From positions 1 to 64,000 of the forward strand of contig NIVC01003443.1 of NCBI GenBank assembly GCA_002269645.1: DNA of 64,000 nucleotides, read 5' to 3'. The stretch comes from Macrostomum lignano (Eukaryota). This document shows, in pieces, positions 62,688 through 64,000 of the stretch. The notes under the pieces are model-generated. The model was not told the DNA's origin, searched no databases, and worked only from the letters and a program-made list of their open reading frames with translations. Position 1 is the stretch's first letter, and every line of letters begins with the position of its first letter. The position numbers were made by a program, and so were the translations under genes.

Positions 62688-64000
62688 TCGCTTTTTCGAT
62701 TTCTGACACCTGCGCGATGCCGAGGTTGCGCAATTCGACTTCGCGCCAATTCGTTGGGCCTTTGAGCAGAACTGAACCTGCGGCTGACAGGAGGTTATCA
62801 AAGCGTTCTGCGTCAGGCAGGCCGTTGTCACTGACGCTGCTGCTGCTGCAGCGGACGCTGAGGCGGCGGAAACGGCGGCTACGGACTGTTGAAGCAGCAC
62901 GAGCACCGACTGCACCGGGACCGGGTTGACGCACTGGCACTGACCGGGCGGAATCTCCGCTGCCGGCTTGTGCTGCGACTCGTTCTTCGGCCCGAATGCA
63001 ACTGCTGCTTCTTCTGGTCGGCCGCGGCGGCGTGGAAGATCCGGCTCTGCGCCGAGGTCAGGCTGTCGTAGGAGCCGATGCGGACCATCACGGACTCGGC
63101 CGTGGACGAGGTGACGGTCGATGAATCACACAGCGCCGCCTCCTCCGGATCGGCGGCGCTCGGGCCAGTTTGATTGATGAACTGCTTCAAATCTGTTTCC
63201 TTCGGGCCGTGCGAGTCGTCTTGGCTGCCGGCACCGTCAGTGAGAATTGTGGCCGCCGTGGTTGGGGTCGTCACTTCCCAGTATTTTTCCGATTCATGCG
63301 GCTGCGACGGCATGCTTGTGTGGTTTTTTAGCGTGGCGCCTTTTGCCCGGCTTGTATCCTCTGCTTTCTGCTGCTGCTGCTGGACTGGGGATTCCACAAT
63401 CTGATAATTGACCGAGTAAATCTCGTTGAAGGGGTACTGCTGATAAACCACTGCCACTGCCGGCTGGTGCAGCTGCCGGGCCCTGCAGTCTGAGCGGCCC
63501 GTGGCGCTGTTCTGGCTGCTGTCGAACTCGCCGCCGCCTTCGCCGAAGTCCTTCATCCGGTCCCTCTCCGGCGAGCCGTCCTCGGTCATCTTGTCGCTGT
63601 TCGAGTCAGCCAGTTCCAGGCTGCTGTACTCCCGCTTCGCTCGCTCCTCCACCGCCTTCACCGCCGCCTCAGCTTCGGCAGCGTCGTCAGACTGAGGCGC
63701 TCCGCCAGCCCCGGCTGGTTCGCTCCCGCTCTGCTTCACCTGATTTGAGCCGGTCTGCTGCGCCTCCACTGCAGTGCTGTCCGCGTCTACCTGCTGCCCG
63801 GTCTCCAGCTCGATGGCCTGCTCCGACATCCCCCGCTGCTGGCATGGATCATGGCGGTAGAGCAGCTGCTGGGCTGGCTTCACCGAGCCGCTGCTCAAAT
63901 CATCATCATCGTCTTCCTCCTCCTGCTTCGCTTCCTCGGGTTCCGGCGGCAGGGCCGCGTCCTGCGGCTGTTCACTGGCCGGCTCAGCGTTCTGGCCGTC
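62368..64000 (-). CDS. Large GC-rich, Ser/Gln/Ala-rich coding exon(s), continuing beyond the window; frame change near 62900
   Basis: ORF 62879-63898 (339 aa) overlaps ORFs 62368-62940 and 62424-62915 in the other two frames. Its link to the zinc-finger gene is unproven. Confidence 0.6.

Noticed and set aside
1-64000. Standalone rRNA, tRNA or hammerhead ribozyme genes
   Set aside because: None recognised; the only tRNA-like sequences are the SINE head and the TRIM PBS.

Overview
Eukaryotic (metazoan, spliceosomal introns) genomic DNA; a free-living flatworm such as Macrostomum is plausible but is only my inference. The first ~46 kb is a dense, nested transposon graveyard dominated by at least 10 separate, diverged remnants of tyrosine-recombinase (Crypton/DUF3504-like) elements. 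Interleaved with them are LINE, Tc1, mariner, Gypsy/solo-LTR/TRIM, P-element (THAP), hAT-MITE, Harbinger and foldback elements, many with readable TSDs. The 8-mer CCATAGAC/GTCTATGG, usually extended to TTTT(A/G)(G)CCATAGAC, occurs over 40 times by manual tally against about 2 expected. It clusters around the recombinase remnants, bounds several cassette-like segments and forms compact palindromic sites. This is the best candidate for an undescribed system: a recombinase-site array or landing pad. Likely host genes: an intronless orphan type-I membrane protein (22305-23291), a spliced C2H2 zinc-finger gene (minus, 47845-54378, possibly extending to the 62-64 kb exon) and a 4-exon claudin/PMP22-like tetraspan gene (minus, 60041-61160) that the ORF track fragments. 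All calls are by eye; no database searches were run.
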